27,181 nt of DNA, from NCBI GenBank assembly GCA_050331235.1, contig JBHJHA010000109.1:1-27181 (forward strand). The letters run 5' to 3'. This DNA comes from Leptolyngbyaceae cyanobacterium (lineage in GTDB: Bacteria > Cyanobacteriota > Cyanobacteriia > Phormidesmidales > Phormidesmidaceae). Positions within the stretch are counted from its first letter, which is position 1; each line of letters begins with the position of its first letter. The position numbers and the translations under genes were made by a program. Below the pieces are notes generated by a model. The model saw only the letters and a program-made list of their open reading frames with translations, was not told the origin of the DNA and searched no databases. This document shows, piece by piece, positions 1 to 8,371 of this stretch.

Positions 1-236
1 GTGCTAATAGTATCAAGCTAGTTAATGCAACTTCCGTCTTCTGCATTCACAAGTAATATATCTCTTTCTTGAACATCAATAATATCCTATTTAGAGGTTT
101 GTTCCTGAGTCAGAGAGCCGATTGTCTCAAGTTCAATTACCTTTTTCACGCCTAAGTACAAATCTCCTGAAACTTGTGTATCGGGGTCATCGACAAAATA
201 CAAATATCCAGAATACTTTTTCGTCTCTTCATTCAT
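1..236 (-). pseudogene. Interrupted ORF resembling an ApeA N-terminal-domain (HEPN-associated) protein; runs off the window edge
   Basis: Manual translation from ATG at 236: MNEETKKYSGYLYFVDDPDTQVSGDLYLGVKKVIELETIGSLTQEQTSK*DIIDVQERDILLVNAEDGSCIN*LDTIS, with in-frame TAG at 87-89 and 18-20. The pattern G-aromatic...P...VSG.L...I.LE.IG.L...DILL...EDG..I resembles ApeA N-termini as I recall them. AT-rich. Confidence 0.4.
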
Positions 237-411
237 GTTTCAGCACTTAATTTCCAAAGCTACTTATATAGGGGTTGACGGATCAAAAAAGTAATCCTTC
301 ACGAGCCAATAGCTCAATATTTTATACATTTACAAAATACACCATCGTTTCATCTTATCCAAAACAATAAAGGCTCAAATGATAAAACAGATTAACTGAA
401 ATACGTGAAGC

Positions 412-456
412 GATGCTACGAGGCGAACTTGAACCGCCGACACGGAGGTTTTCAGT
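412..456 (-). repeat. Degenerate direct repeat of the tRNA-Phe 3' half (att-like remnant)
   Basis: 412-456 matches 1012-1056 at 38/45 positions without gaps (offset exactly 600 bp), covering the anticodon loop, T-arm and acceptor 3' strand. Confidence 0.85.
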
Positions 457-511
457 GCCTCGACTCACTCAAACACGAATGGTGGCGGCCTGAAGCAAAC
501 ATTCATGGCTT

Positions 512-778
512 CTAAAGTGGAAAATGCACCCCAAAATCATCCTGACATCGGATGTCAACCCATATACGGTAAACATCTGATGCGGGAGCAATGACAGTAA
601 GGTATTTAGAACTCAAAGAAAGAGCAAAGCTGTACGCTTTCTTTCTTTCTTCTATCAAGAAAATTCCTGCCAATTTCAGAATCGTTCCATCGAACAAAAT
701 AGCTTCATGAACTTTAGACCTTTCGTGAAATTTGAAAATCTTGGTTCGGGAGTGCAGGACGATACGAGGAATCGACAT
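512..778 (-). CDS. Small hypothetical protein of a cyanobacterial family (FKF...L F...W(V/I)DIR type)
   Basis: ORF 512..859; the ATG at 778 gives MSIPRIVLHSRTKIFKFHE...YRIWVDIR, a pattern resembling small conserved cyanobacterial hypotheticals. Start uncertain. Confidence 0.55.
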   Translation of the reverse strand: MSIPRIVLHSRTKIFKFHERSKVHEAILFDGTILKLAGIFLIEERKKAYSFALSLSSKYLTVIAPASDVYRIWVDIRCQDDFGVHFPL

Positions 779-1013
779 AAATAAATGACGAAAACATCCA
801 TAGGTATGAACTCGGCAGATATTCTTAGACGTAACCAAACTTCCAGAAAACTCAATCAAAGCATTCCCGAAGCGTAGCTATAAGGAACGCTGAGATACTT
901 TGAAAAACAGATTGGCTACTGCAGCGCCGATAGTTCTACTACCAAATCGCCGCTTTGTCCTTGAACCTAAGGTTCTCACCATGCGAACAAAACAACTACA
1001 GAAGCTGAAAAGA

Positions 1014-1086
1014 TGCCAGGAGGCGGGCTTGAACCGCCGACACGAGGATTTTCAGTCCTCTGCTCTACCAGCTGAGCTATCCCGGC
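1014..1086 (-). tRNA. trnF: tRNA-Phe (GAA)
   Basis: Reverse complement GCCGGGATAGCTCAGCTGGTAGAGCAGAGGACTGAAAATCCTCGTGTCGGCGGTTCAAGCCCGCCTCCTGGCA; 73 nt cloverleaf, GAA anticodon, no encoded CCA. Confidence 0.98.
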
Positions 1087-1232
1087 TTAAGCGCTCAATC
1101 TCAAGCGCTTGATTAACATAACAGACAAAATGAACCAACGGCAAGCATTTTTTGAAATCCTTGGAGACAAAGTAAAATCGGGGCGATCGCTCCCGTACGC
1201 AGCGCTTCAACCCCGATTTTCCCATCACCTAC

Positions 1233-1685
1233 TTACTCCACTGGCCGCAGGCGATCGACCTTTAGCACAAACTGGCCTGTGCCCTGTCCTGCATAAGAGC
1301 GGACCCGCACCGTGTAGGTGCCGGACTGAGTAATGCGGGCAAACAACAGCGAGTTCGTAGTGCCGTCGGGGCCGTCATCATTTTCCCCCACGGTCGTGCC
1401 ATCGGGGCCGAGCAGCGTGACCAACGTGTCAAACTCTTCAGAAATCAGGTCAATCGCCACCTGGTCACCATCTTCCAGTACTACGGTATAGTCCCTTGCA
1501 AAGCCCCCGACCCCAGTGGGGATGTCGCTTTCAGACAGGGAGTCAGTGATTTCGCGAGTGGCGGGCATAGCAATGGGGGAATAAACCGGATTTTGGGCTG
1601 GGGCTGGGGCGGTCGAGAGACCCAGCGCACCAGCGATCGCCACGGGCATCCAAGCAAGGGAAGAAACGGCACGAGATAACTTCAT
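1233..1685 (-). CDS. Secreted PPC (pre-peptidase C-terminal) domain protein
   Basis: Signal peptide, then DFD/FDT.L.L.GPDG..VGENDDG...NS.L..R...SG.Y.VRV motif. Confidence 0.88.
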   Translation of the reverse strand: MKLSRAVSSLAWMPVAIAGALGLSTAPAPAQNPVYSPIAMPATREITDSLSESDIPTGVGGFARDYTVVLEDGDQVAIDLISEEFDTLVTLLGPDGTTVGENDDGPDGTTNSLLFARITQSGTYTVRVRSYAGQGTGQFVLKVDRLRPVE

Positions 1686-1768
1686 AGAGCTGTGATTGGG
1701 AAGATTTCGAGGATATTATGGCTCAGGTTTGCCCGTTTGCTGCGATAACTCCCAATCGAGATCATTTT

Positions 1769-1993
1769 TTAGAGTTTGGGCTGTGGCACATCTGGTCGAT
1801 AATAGTCATCCTTGCCAGGATTTTGAGCACCGCCCTCGGGATTGATGCAGCCCGGTTTATCCACATATTTACAAACACGGGCCCAGAGCCGTGCCCGCGT
1901 CCCTGGAGGCCCTGCAGAAAACTGGACGCGATCGCCCCCCACCACGCCCACCATGATTTTGACTCCACAGACTGGACAGGTTTGAGTATTCAT
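1769..1993 (-). CDS. Conserved cyanobacterial hypothetical protein with CPVC and further Cys (possible metal binding)
   Basis: MNTQTCPVCGVKI...GDRVQFSAGPPGTRARLWARVCKYVDKPGCIN. Confidence 0.75.
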   Translation of the reverse strand: MNTQTCPVCGVKIMVGVVGGDRVQFSAGPPGTRARLWARVCKYVDKPGCINPEGGAQNPGKDDYYRPDVPQPKL

Positions 1994-2203
1994 GACCACA
2001 TCATCAAAAATCGCTGCTGTTCATCATCTCAAGTTTTAGGTCCTGGTTGCCAAAGTCGTCACCTGTTGTAATTCCTCTCGTGACGATGTCCTGGTCAGGA
2101 ATGCTCCAACCGCCAGCGGTTTCCGCCTCTTTGATCACGGCATCCTATGATCAGAGGGATATTTTGGGTGACAATAGCAGCAGGTTAATCGCAAGGAACG
2201 CCC

Positions 2204-3115
2204 ATGCCAGAGGAACCCATCCCCCCCGAAGAGTCAATGTCTTCGGAGCCGTCATCTGCACCGACTGAGCCTGAGTGGACAGATGACAACAGCTACCAAA
2301 CCCTAGACAATTCGGCTGATGCTGATGCTTCCGTGGGGCAGGACACCGATTCGCGGCCCAGTGATGAATGGGGGGCAGCGTCTTTAGCCTGGGAAGAGGA
2401 ACTGTCAGAACCGCCTGAAACCCCGCCGCAGCCAACCACCACTCGGGAAGCCCTCGCGTGGATCCAACCGGCGTGGCAACGGTTTCAACGATTTTGGCTG
2501 CGGCTGTTAGTCGGCGTACGCAATCGGATTCCAGCAGCGGCAAAGCTGTCTAACTCCGTTTTGAGCGCGATTCTAATTGGTGTTTTGGTTCTCTTGTTGA
2601 TTGTCATCAATAGCCTGCGTCAACCAGCCAGTGCCAGTTTGGATGAGCCTCGCTCGACAACGGCACCGGCCCAAAACGTCCCTGCTGCAACCAGCCCAGC
2701 CGAACCGTTGCCCGTCGTTGAGCCGGCACCTGCCAGCGACGTGGAGCCCGCCTCGGAACCGCCAACGAGCGATCGCATCGCTCAAATCCAAGTGCAACTG
2801 ACTGATAGCGAAATTTTGAATGCCCAGCGGGTGATTGACTCGGTGCAGGCTGATTTTAACCGCAATGCCGTCACCCTCAACTTAAACGGTGACTGGTATC
2901 GCCTCTCTAATTATGACCGTCGCCAGTTGGCAAATGCCCTGAGGCAGCGCTCTGAAAAACTGGATTTTTCCAGTCTGCAAATGCAGGATACCGAAGGCAG
3001 ACTCGTGGCGCGATCACCGGTTGTCGGTGACGCGATGGTGATCTTGCTCAACGAACCACCGCCAGAGGTACCATTACCCGAGCGGCCCCGCTACCGTATT
3101 TTGGTGGATCGTTGA
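2204..3115 (+). CDS. Hypothetical single-pass membrane protein (acidic N-terminus, TM helix, Pro-rich linker, conserved C-terminal domain)
   Basis: 303 aa ORF; AGGAA upstream of ATG; TM AILIGVLVLLLIVI; C-terminal W..L....Q.A..L....G.LVARSPVVG..MVIL motif. Confidence 0.85.
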   Translation: MPEEPIPPEESMSSEPSSAPTEPEWTDDNSYQTLDNSADADASVGQDTDSRPSDEWGAASLAWEEELSEPPETPPQPTTTREALAWIQPAWQRFQRFWLRLLVGVRNRIPAAAKLSNSVLSAILIGVLVLLLIVINSLRQPASASLDEPRSTTAPAQNVPAATSPAEPLPVVEPAPASDVEPASEPPTSDRIAQIQVQLTDSEILNAQRVIDSVQADFNRNAVTLNLNGDWYRLSNYDRRQLANALRQRSEKLDFSSLQMQDTEGRLVARSPVVGDAMVILLNEPPPEVPLPERPRYRILVDR

Positions 3116-3336
3116 GGCCCATGGGCGGCATAAAATTAAGGCTGAGCAACTCTGACGCCTCTCGGGCTAGCGGCAACCAGACCTTTTCCCCATATACCTT
3201 TTGGCAGAGTTTTGCTGAAACATCATTTAGGAGAGAAACATCCCAAATATTAGCTTCAGCCCAGTTGAGATGACGTCTGGCGTGGCTTCCTCAAAGGACT
3301 GCCGCCAAGGCCCAGCCGTCCTACAATTTTCATGAA

Positions 3337-3630
3337 TTACTGAGCCGGGCGACTAGGCGAAACTGGATCAACCATGTCGAGTTGATTGAGACCCCAAACT
3401 AGCCCAATGGATAACAGCCCACCAATGGCTAGCCCACCGACCAATAGGCCAATCATTAGATTGCGCAACCAACGCTTGTCAGCCTCAATCTGCGATCGCT
3501 TTTCAGGCGAAAGGTCAACTACCGACTCCTGAGGTTGCCAATCGGGATCAGGATTGCGAAACTCAGCCTCAACATCATTGGCATCGGGCAGAGGATCAGC
3601 GTTGGGATTATGAAATGGCGGCTGTTGCAT
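3337..3630 (-). CDS. Hypothetical small membrane protein
   Basis: 97 aa, acidic N-terminus and one TM helix (LMIGLLVGGLAIGGLLSIGLVWGL). Confidence 0.75.
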   Translation of the reverse strand: MQQPPFHNPNADPLPDANDVEAEFRNPDPDWQPQESVVDLSPEKRSQIEADKRWLRNLMIGLLVGGLAIGGLLSIGLVWGLNQLDMVDPVSPSRPAQ

Positions 3631-3746
3631 AGGTCAGGGGGGTCCAGTCTGAGTGGTGCTTCCAGTGTAATAACAGATCTGCCTGAGCGACCTTAGGGCA
3701 AGGCGAGCGATCGCATAGCGTAAGAATCTGCTTCCTCGGTCTTGAT

Positions 3747-5015
3747 CTAATCATCGGCAAAGCCGACTTGAAAGCCGGCACCAGTCCACAGCACCTTGAC
3801 CATTGAGCCAGCGGCGATCTCGGTGATGCCGATGGGAACCACGGCTAATCCCTGGGTGCCAGTTAGATTCATTAAGTTGCCGGAGCTATGGCTACCTTGA
3901 GACAGGGTGAACTCTAATCCGGACGAGCTGGTATGCAACTGGCCCCACAAATAGGTTTCGCGCTTGCCCCCAGCTTTCAAGTCTTGCCGCGATCGCGCCA
4001 TCAAAAATGGTGCAGGCCAGTTATCTCGACGTCCCGATAGCTTGCGGATTGCTGGAGCTACAAATCGCCAAAAACTAACCACAGCCGATACGGGGTTGCC
4101 CGGCAGGCCAAAATAGAGCTGTGACTTATGGCGGTTTGGCATCACAGCAACCGTGAGCGGTTTTCCCGGTTTGACCGCCACAGAGCGAATCTCTAAGGTG
4201 GCCCCCAGGTCAGTCAAAATCTGATCCACGTAGTCATAATCCCCCACCGAAACGCCCCCCGAGGACAGCACCATATCGGCCGTCGCCAATGCTTCTTTGA
4301 TGGCTCCCTGCAAAGCTTCTGGCTGGTCAGGCACAATGCCTTGCGGTAGCGGTACTGCCCCCATTTGCTGCACCAAAGCAGCCAGCGCGAACTGATTAGA
4401 ATCAACAATTTGCCCTGGTTGAAGGGTCGTCCCTGGAGCTACCAGCTCATTACCCGTTGAGAGGATGGCAATGCGCGGCTGGCGATAGACCTGCACCTGT
4501 GACCGCTGGGCCGCGGCCAAAATGGCCACATCCATCGGATTGACTAGGGTACCTACGGAAAGTAATCGCTCGCCAATCCGTTGATAGCTGCCCTGGGCGC
4601 GCACAAAGGCTCGCGGCTGACCGGAGGCAAATATTTTGACGCGATCGCCCTGCCGTTGCGTTTCCTCTTGCATAACAACAGTGTCTGCTCCGGCGGGCAT
4701 CATCGCGCCGGTAAAAATCCGCGCCGTTTGTCCAGGTGCCAGCGTTTGTTGAGGAGCCTGACCCGCCGCAATCTCTTCAACGATGGTGAGTTCTGCCGGG
4801 GTCGCAGCTGTCGCCTGATCAATGTCGGCGTGCAGTACCGCATAACCATCCATGGCCGAATTGTCCCAATAGGGGAAATCGACGGGGCTGACCACCGACT
4901 CGGATAGAACCCGACCCAAGGCATCGGCCAATGCCACTGTTTCGCAGTCGCGGCGAGAGTCTAGCGGTATCACCAGATCGAGAATTTGTGCTTCAGCGGT
5001 ATCTGCAGGAACCAT
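3747..5015 (-). CDS. moeA: Molybdopterin molybdotransferase MoeA (gephyrin-like, Glp)
   Basis: Motifs DNSAMDGYAV, RIFTGA.MP.GADTVVMQE, STGNEL, SSGGVSVGDYD, VKPGKP, GLPGNPVS. Confidence 0.97.
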   Translation of the reverse strand: MVPADTAEAQILDLVIPLDSRRDCETVALADALGRVLSESVVSPVDFPYWDNSAMDGYAVLHADIDQATAATPAELTIVEEIAAGQAPQQTLAPGQTARIFTGAMMPAGADTVVMQEETQRQGDRVKIFASGQPRAFVRAQGSYQRIGERLLSVGTLVNPMDVAILAAAQRSQVQVYRQPRIAILSTGNELVAPGTTLQPGQIVDSNQFALAALVQQMGAVPLPQGIVPDQPEALQGAIKEALATADMVLSSGGVSVGDYDYVDQILTDLGATLEIRSVAVKPGKPLTVAVMPNRHKSQLYFGLPGNPVSAVVSFWRFVAPAIRKLSGRRDNWPAPFLMARSRQDLKAGGKRETYLWGQLHTSSSGLEFTLSQGSHSSGNLMNLTGTQGLAVVPIGITEIAAGSMVKVLWTGAGFQVGFADD

Positions 5016-5063
5016 AGATGTCCTTAGAAATCCCCTCCGATATCCTAACGGGAAACGACCGCA

Positions 5064-5282
5064 TCAGCCGTTTGAAAACGCCCTTACTGATACCGCAGAA
5101 ATTGAGTTACTCGGCATCGCCAACTGCATGACGGAGACCCGTAGCTGGCTATGATCTGGCCAATGAGGCTGACGAATCCAGGCGAAATTATTCTGGCAGG
5201 CTACCACGATGAAACTGGGAACATGGTCGGGCTGCTGCTTGAGCCTGACGGCAATTCCTGGACGCAAAACTAACGACGGCAT
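5064..5282 (-). CDS. Small hypothetical protein
   Basis: 72 aa ORF directly upstream of moeA on the same strand; SH3/KOW-like beta pattern (PG..VRL..QP..VP.F.VV...AWIRQ..W). Confidence 0.65.
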   Translation of the reverse strand: MPSLVLRPGIAVRLKQQPDHVPSFIVVACQNNFAWIRQPHWPDHSQLRVSVMQLAMPSNSISAVSVRAFSNG

Positions 5283-5701
5283 TTTGCACCTCAGCCAAGT
5301 TATGGATATCAGGATTCTATCGCGAGAATAGTTGTTTTGTACTATTTTTGATCTGCATCAAGCCGGGTTGGCTCGGGCAATGGGACAAAGCACTTGCTTG
5401 CTGCTGCCCTGCTCAAACATGGGTTTTTGCCTTCTGCTCTGCGTTGCGAGACCTAAGTAGAGGCCCATAGATACTCCCACAACGTCTCAAAAATGTCGGG
5501 TTTTCCTTATGAAGCCTTCAACCGTTGTCTCTGCCAAGCTCCTGAACCTACCGCTAGATAGACGCTGCTGGCCCACCGAAAACCTACAGTTGGAGGGCGT
5601 TGAATCCGTCGTCGGGAGCTCCTTGATAAAGGGAGTCTGCTTTGGCTTAGTCTTAACCTTGATGGGGGTTAATGCAGAGAGTTGTTGCTGGGAGCTAAGT
5701 G

Positions 5702-6172
5702 ATGAGTACCTATACCAATGATGAGATTAAGGCGATTGTGTCAGCACCGATGAACGTCGGCATGGCGATCGCTCTGGTGGATATGGGCATCATCTCCACT
5801 GCAATTGAGGCGGCTGCTATGACCAAAGCCATTGCCGGAGCTGCTAAAGAGTACCCAAACAACTCCATCATTCAGGCGGCATTTTCTGAGGAGTCGCTGA
5901 AGCAGACCAAAATCGATAAACCGGATGTTGACCCCGAAGGTATCAACTCTGGAGCCTACATTGATCAGGCGATCGCTGAGGCCCAAAACGTGATTGCGCA
6001 ACTGACTGACAAAGCCCCCGAGTCAGAAGTGGCGGAGTATAAGCAATTCATCTATGACTGCGGTGAAACAGTGGCCCAAGCTGCCGGCAGTGGACTGTTT
6101 GGCACCGGCGCTAAGGTGAGTGAGGCCGAAGCGGCTACTTTGACTAAGCTCAAAACTGCGCTGGCAATCTGA
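5702..6172 (+). CDS. Hypothetical helical protein (first gene of a 3-gene operon)
   Basis: GGAG RBS, ATG 5702; motifs APM.VGMAI and EYKQFIY...E.VA.AAGSGLFG.G.KVS..EA..L..LK.AL. Confidence 0.88.
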   Translation: MSTYTNDEIKAIVSAPMNVGMAIALVDMGIISTAIEAAAMTKAIAGAAKEYPNNSIIQAAFSEESLKQTKIDKPDVDPEGINSGAYIDQAIAEAQNVIAQLTDKAPESEVAEYKQFIYDCGETVAQAAGSGLFGTGAKVSEAEAATLTKLKTALAI

Positions 6173-6280
6173 GGCCAGTCAAACGATATCTCTCTGGCTA
6201 CGCAGATGGCGAAAGCGGCCATTGCTGACCCCGATAACTCATTTTTGATTGTTGATCGACCTTTATCTGAGGATGCTCTG

Positions 6281-6907
6281 ATGTCTGTCACCCCCTGGTT
6301 AAAACGGGTTCTCCCTATCGTTGTAGCGGCTGTGTTGGCCTTGACGGCTTGCAGTTCATCGCCACCTTCTAAGTACGACGCCGTACAGCAAGAAACCACC
6401 GGCAGTGGCGCGCCGGCGGCGGTAGAAAAAGGGGCGGAAAAGGGCGGTACCTTTAATCAGTTTTTTCCTGAGTCTGAAGGCGAATTCAAGGTCGTTCCCT
6501 CCCAGGAGAAAAAAGGATTTGCCGAGTATAAGCTCAAGCGCGATGGCGAAACCTTAGCAATGCTCACTATCAACGACACCATCAGTCTACCGGCGGCGGC
6601 CAAAAAGTATGAGGCGGCGAGTCAAACCATTGCCGGATATCCTTCCGTTGAGCAGGGCAGCACTGCTACCGGTTTGCTAGTCAGCGATCGCTACCAAGTC
6701 AAGGTCCTCTCGCGCAGCGACTCCTTTACGGCTGCGGATCGAGCCGCTTGGCTGGAGAAATTTGACTTGCAGGGATTGGCTCAGCTAGAGGCTAATACGA
6801 AGGCTTTTCGCCGGGCCCAAGGCCAGCGATCGGGGCAACCTGCTAGCACTATTCCCAGTTTGGAACCCAAGACTACCCCTTCGTTACGACCCCAACCAGC
6901 CGGCTAG
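6281..6907 (+). CDS. Hypothetical lipoprotein
   Basis: GAGG upstream of ATG 6281; lipobox LALTAC; conserved-looking FN.FFP...QEKKGFAE..LK..G...A.L.I.DT and RYQVKV.SR motifs. Confidence 0.88.
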   Translation: MSVTPWLKRVLPIVVAAVLALTACSSSPPSKYDAVQQETTGSGAPAAVEKGAEKGGTFNQFFPESEGEFKVVPSQEKKGFAEYKLKRDGETLAMLTINDTISLPAAAKKYEAASQTIAGYPSVEQGSTATGLLVSDRYQVKVLSRSDSFTAADRAAWLEKFDLQGLAQLEANTKAFRRAQGQRSGQPASTIPSLEPKTTPSLRPQPAG

Positions 6908-6961
6908 TCAGACAGCCTCCTTAACCATTGACGACCCCTATTGATATTGTCGGAGCGCTTT

Positions 6962-7846
6962 ATGAGCACCAAAATTTACGAAAAAGTCGACAACTTACCA
7001 GACAGCGGTCTGACCGTCAGAGCGCTGAAGACCTTGGACGTTTTTTTGCCAGGGCAGTGGGAAAATCTGACCGGGTTTGACCACACCATTAAACAGGTGA
7101 CGGGCGAAACCGACCCGGCCATGGTGCAAGCCATTGGTGAACGCGCGATCGCCCTTTTTAACGACAAGTCTCAGGGGTATCAGCGGGCTCTTTGGATGTA
7201 TGAAAGTGTCGATAAGGCCTCTGGGTTATTGGGCACAGCGGCGATCGCCAACCGCATTGGGCAGGACACGTTTTTAGGATTTCTCAAAAATGTCACCCCT
7301 AAGCCGGAAAAAGCTCAGACGATTGATTTGTCGGTGAAGCTGGTTACCGAAGTCGTGGCGTTTTGCCATATCAACGGCATCCCCGGAGACAGCCTAGGCG
7401 ACTTTTTGTCCGCTTTGGGTGACTACAGTGGCGAGTCACTCATGCGCATGGCAGCTTTGGTTTCTTTTGACGGGGTCGTTCCCCTGGGGGCTGATTTCAG
7501 CACTAAGGTGTTGAATGGCATCAAAGGGATGGGAGCCTCTGATTTGGAGCACAATAAAACCTTCAAAGGAGTCGAAAAAGAGATTCCGGGTAATAGCTCT
7601 AAAGACAAACTGTCGTTTATCACTGAGAGCTTTGAGTCTACGCGCGGCTGGATGGATAATTTTGTCAACAAAAACAACATCACTCAAAGCGGTGTCGTTG
7701 ATAAAATCGCGGGCTTTATGGAGGGCTCCAAAAGTAGACTCGACTACTTGGGCGCAATGCTTGATGTCACTGTGAAATATTACGAGCATACTGGGGTCCA
7801 AACCTTGGCGCGACGACTGATTGAGCGAGCAGTGGCAGAGCTTTAA
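6962..7846 (+). CDS. Conserved cyanobacterial hypothetical protein
   Basis: GGAG upstream of ATG 6962; motifs QGYQRALW, FC.INGIPGDS, YYEHTG.QTLARRLIERAVAE. Confidence 0.9.
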   Translation: MSTKIYEKVDNLPDSGLTVRALKTLDVFLPGQWENLTGFDHTIKQVTGETDPAMVQAIGERAIALFNDKSQGYQRALWMYESVDKASGLLGTAAIANRIGQDTFLGFLKNVTPKPEKAQTIDLSVKLVTEVVAFCHINGIPGDSLGDFLSALGDYSGESLMRMAALVSFDGVVPLGADFSTKVLNGIKGMGASDLEHNKTFKGVEKEIPGNSSKDKLSFITESFESTRGWMDNFVNKNNITQSGVVDKIAGFMEGSKSRLDYLGAMLDVTVKYYEHTGVQTLARRLIERAVAEL

Positions 7847-8174
7847 GCGGCACAATGCACACATTGCTGTTGCGATCACGGCCTTCGCGATTGGTTTCAA
7901 ATTTTTGCGGCGATCGCAGTGCTGGAGCCTCGCCCAAGGCTCTATCTTTATCTGGAGAGCAACCCCGACTGATTTGGTCAGCTCTCTGGAGCGGCATTGG
8001 CCTCTGTATCTATTTTGTTGACCGGTCCCCTTGAGGCGCAAAGCGAATGCCTCGCGGCAAAAGCATTGGTGTCGGCCGGCTCTCCTTGCTGGTACAGCCG
8101 TGCCAAATGTCATCGAACCGCAATTGTGACGAGCCTAACTGAGGCCGTTGATACAGCCCAGTGGGGAATCCTTT

Positions 8175-8335
8175 TATAATGTATTCAAGAAACAACGGGG
8201 TGGAGAAATGACTTCTCTACCCCGTTGCCATCGGAATTGTTTTAAGTCTAGATTGCCGACTGACCCGAAAGACTGTCTCAAATCCTTGAGACGTTGGGGC
8301 CGAATAGGCTTCATTGGTCCCGTATCTGTCAGTCG
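8175..8335 (+). promoter_or_regulatory. Putative -10 box (TATAAT) and structured 5' leader/sRNA upstream of the chelatase-cobA operon
   Basis: TATAAT 8175-8180; 15-bp stem 8193-8207/8213-8227 (one G-U); multibranch 8257-8264/8328-8335 enclosing hairpins 8275-8292 and 8296-8321. Confidence 0.5.
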
Positions 8336-8371
8336 AGACGGTCAACTTTGAACTCATCGAGGGTGATACCC

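Noticed and set aside
900..1333. ORFs 900..1112 and 1109..1333 (+)
   Set aside because: Antisense to tRNA-Phe and the PPC gene; no protein-like features.
5652..5671. CTTAACCT and palindrome ttaacc-N8-ggttaa upstream of the three-gene operon as a Pho box
   Set aside because: Only one good unit and no 11-bp-period tandem.
8130..8340. Cobalamin riboswitch or hammerhead ribozyme in the chelatase leader
   Set aside because: No B12-box/GCCACUG core; CTGAC..GAAA spacing does not fit a hammerhead.
7436..8351. ORFs 7436..8113 (-), 7821..8021, 7997..8179 and 8148..8351
   Set aside because: Shadow or intergenic ORFs without RBS, motifs or typical composition.
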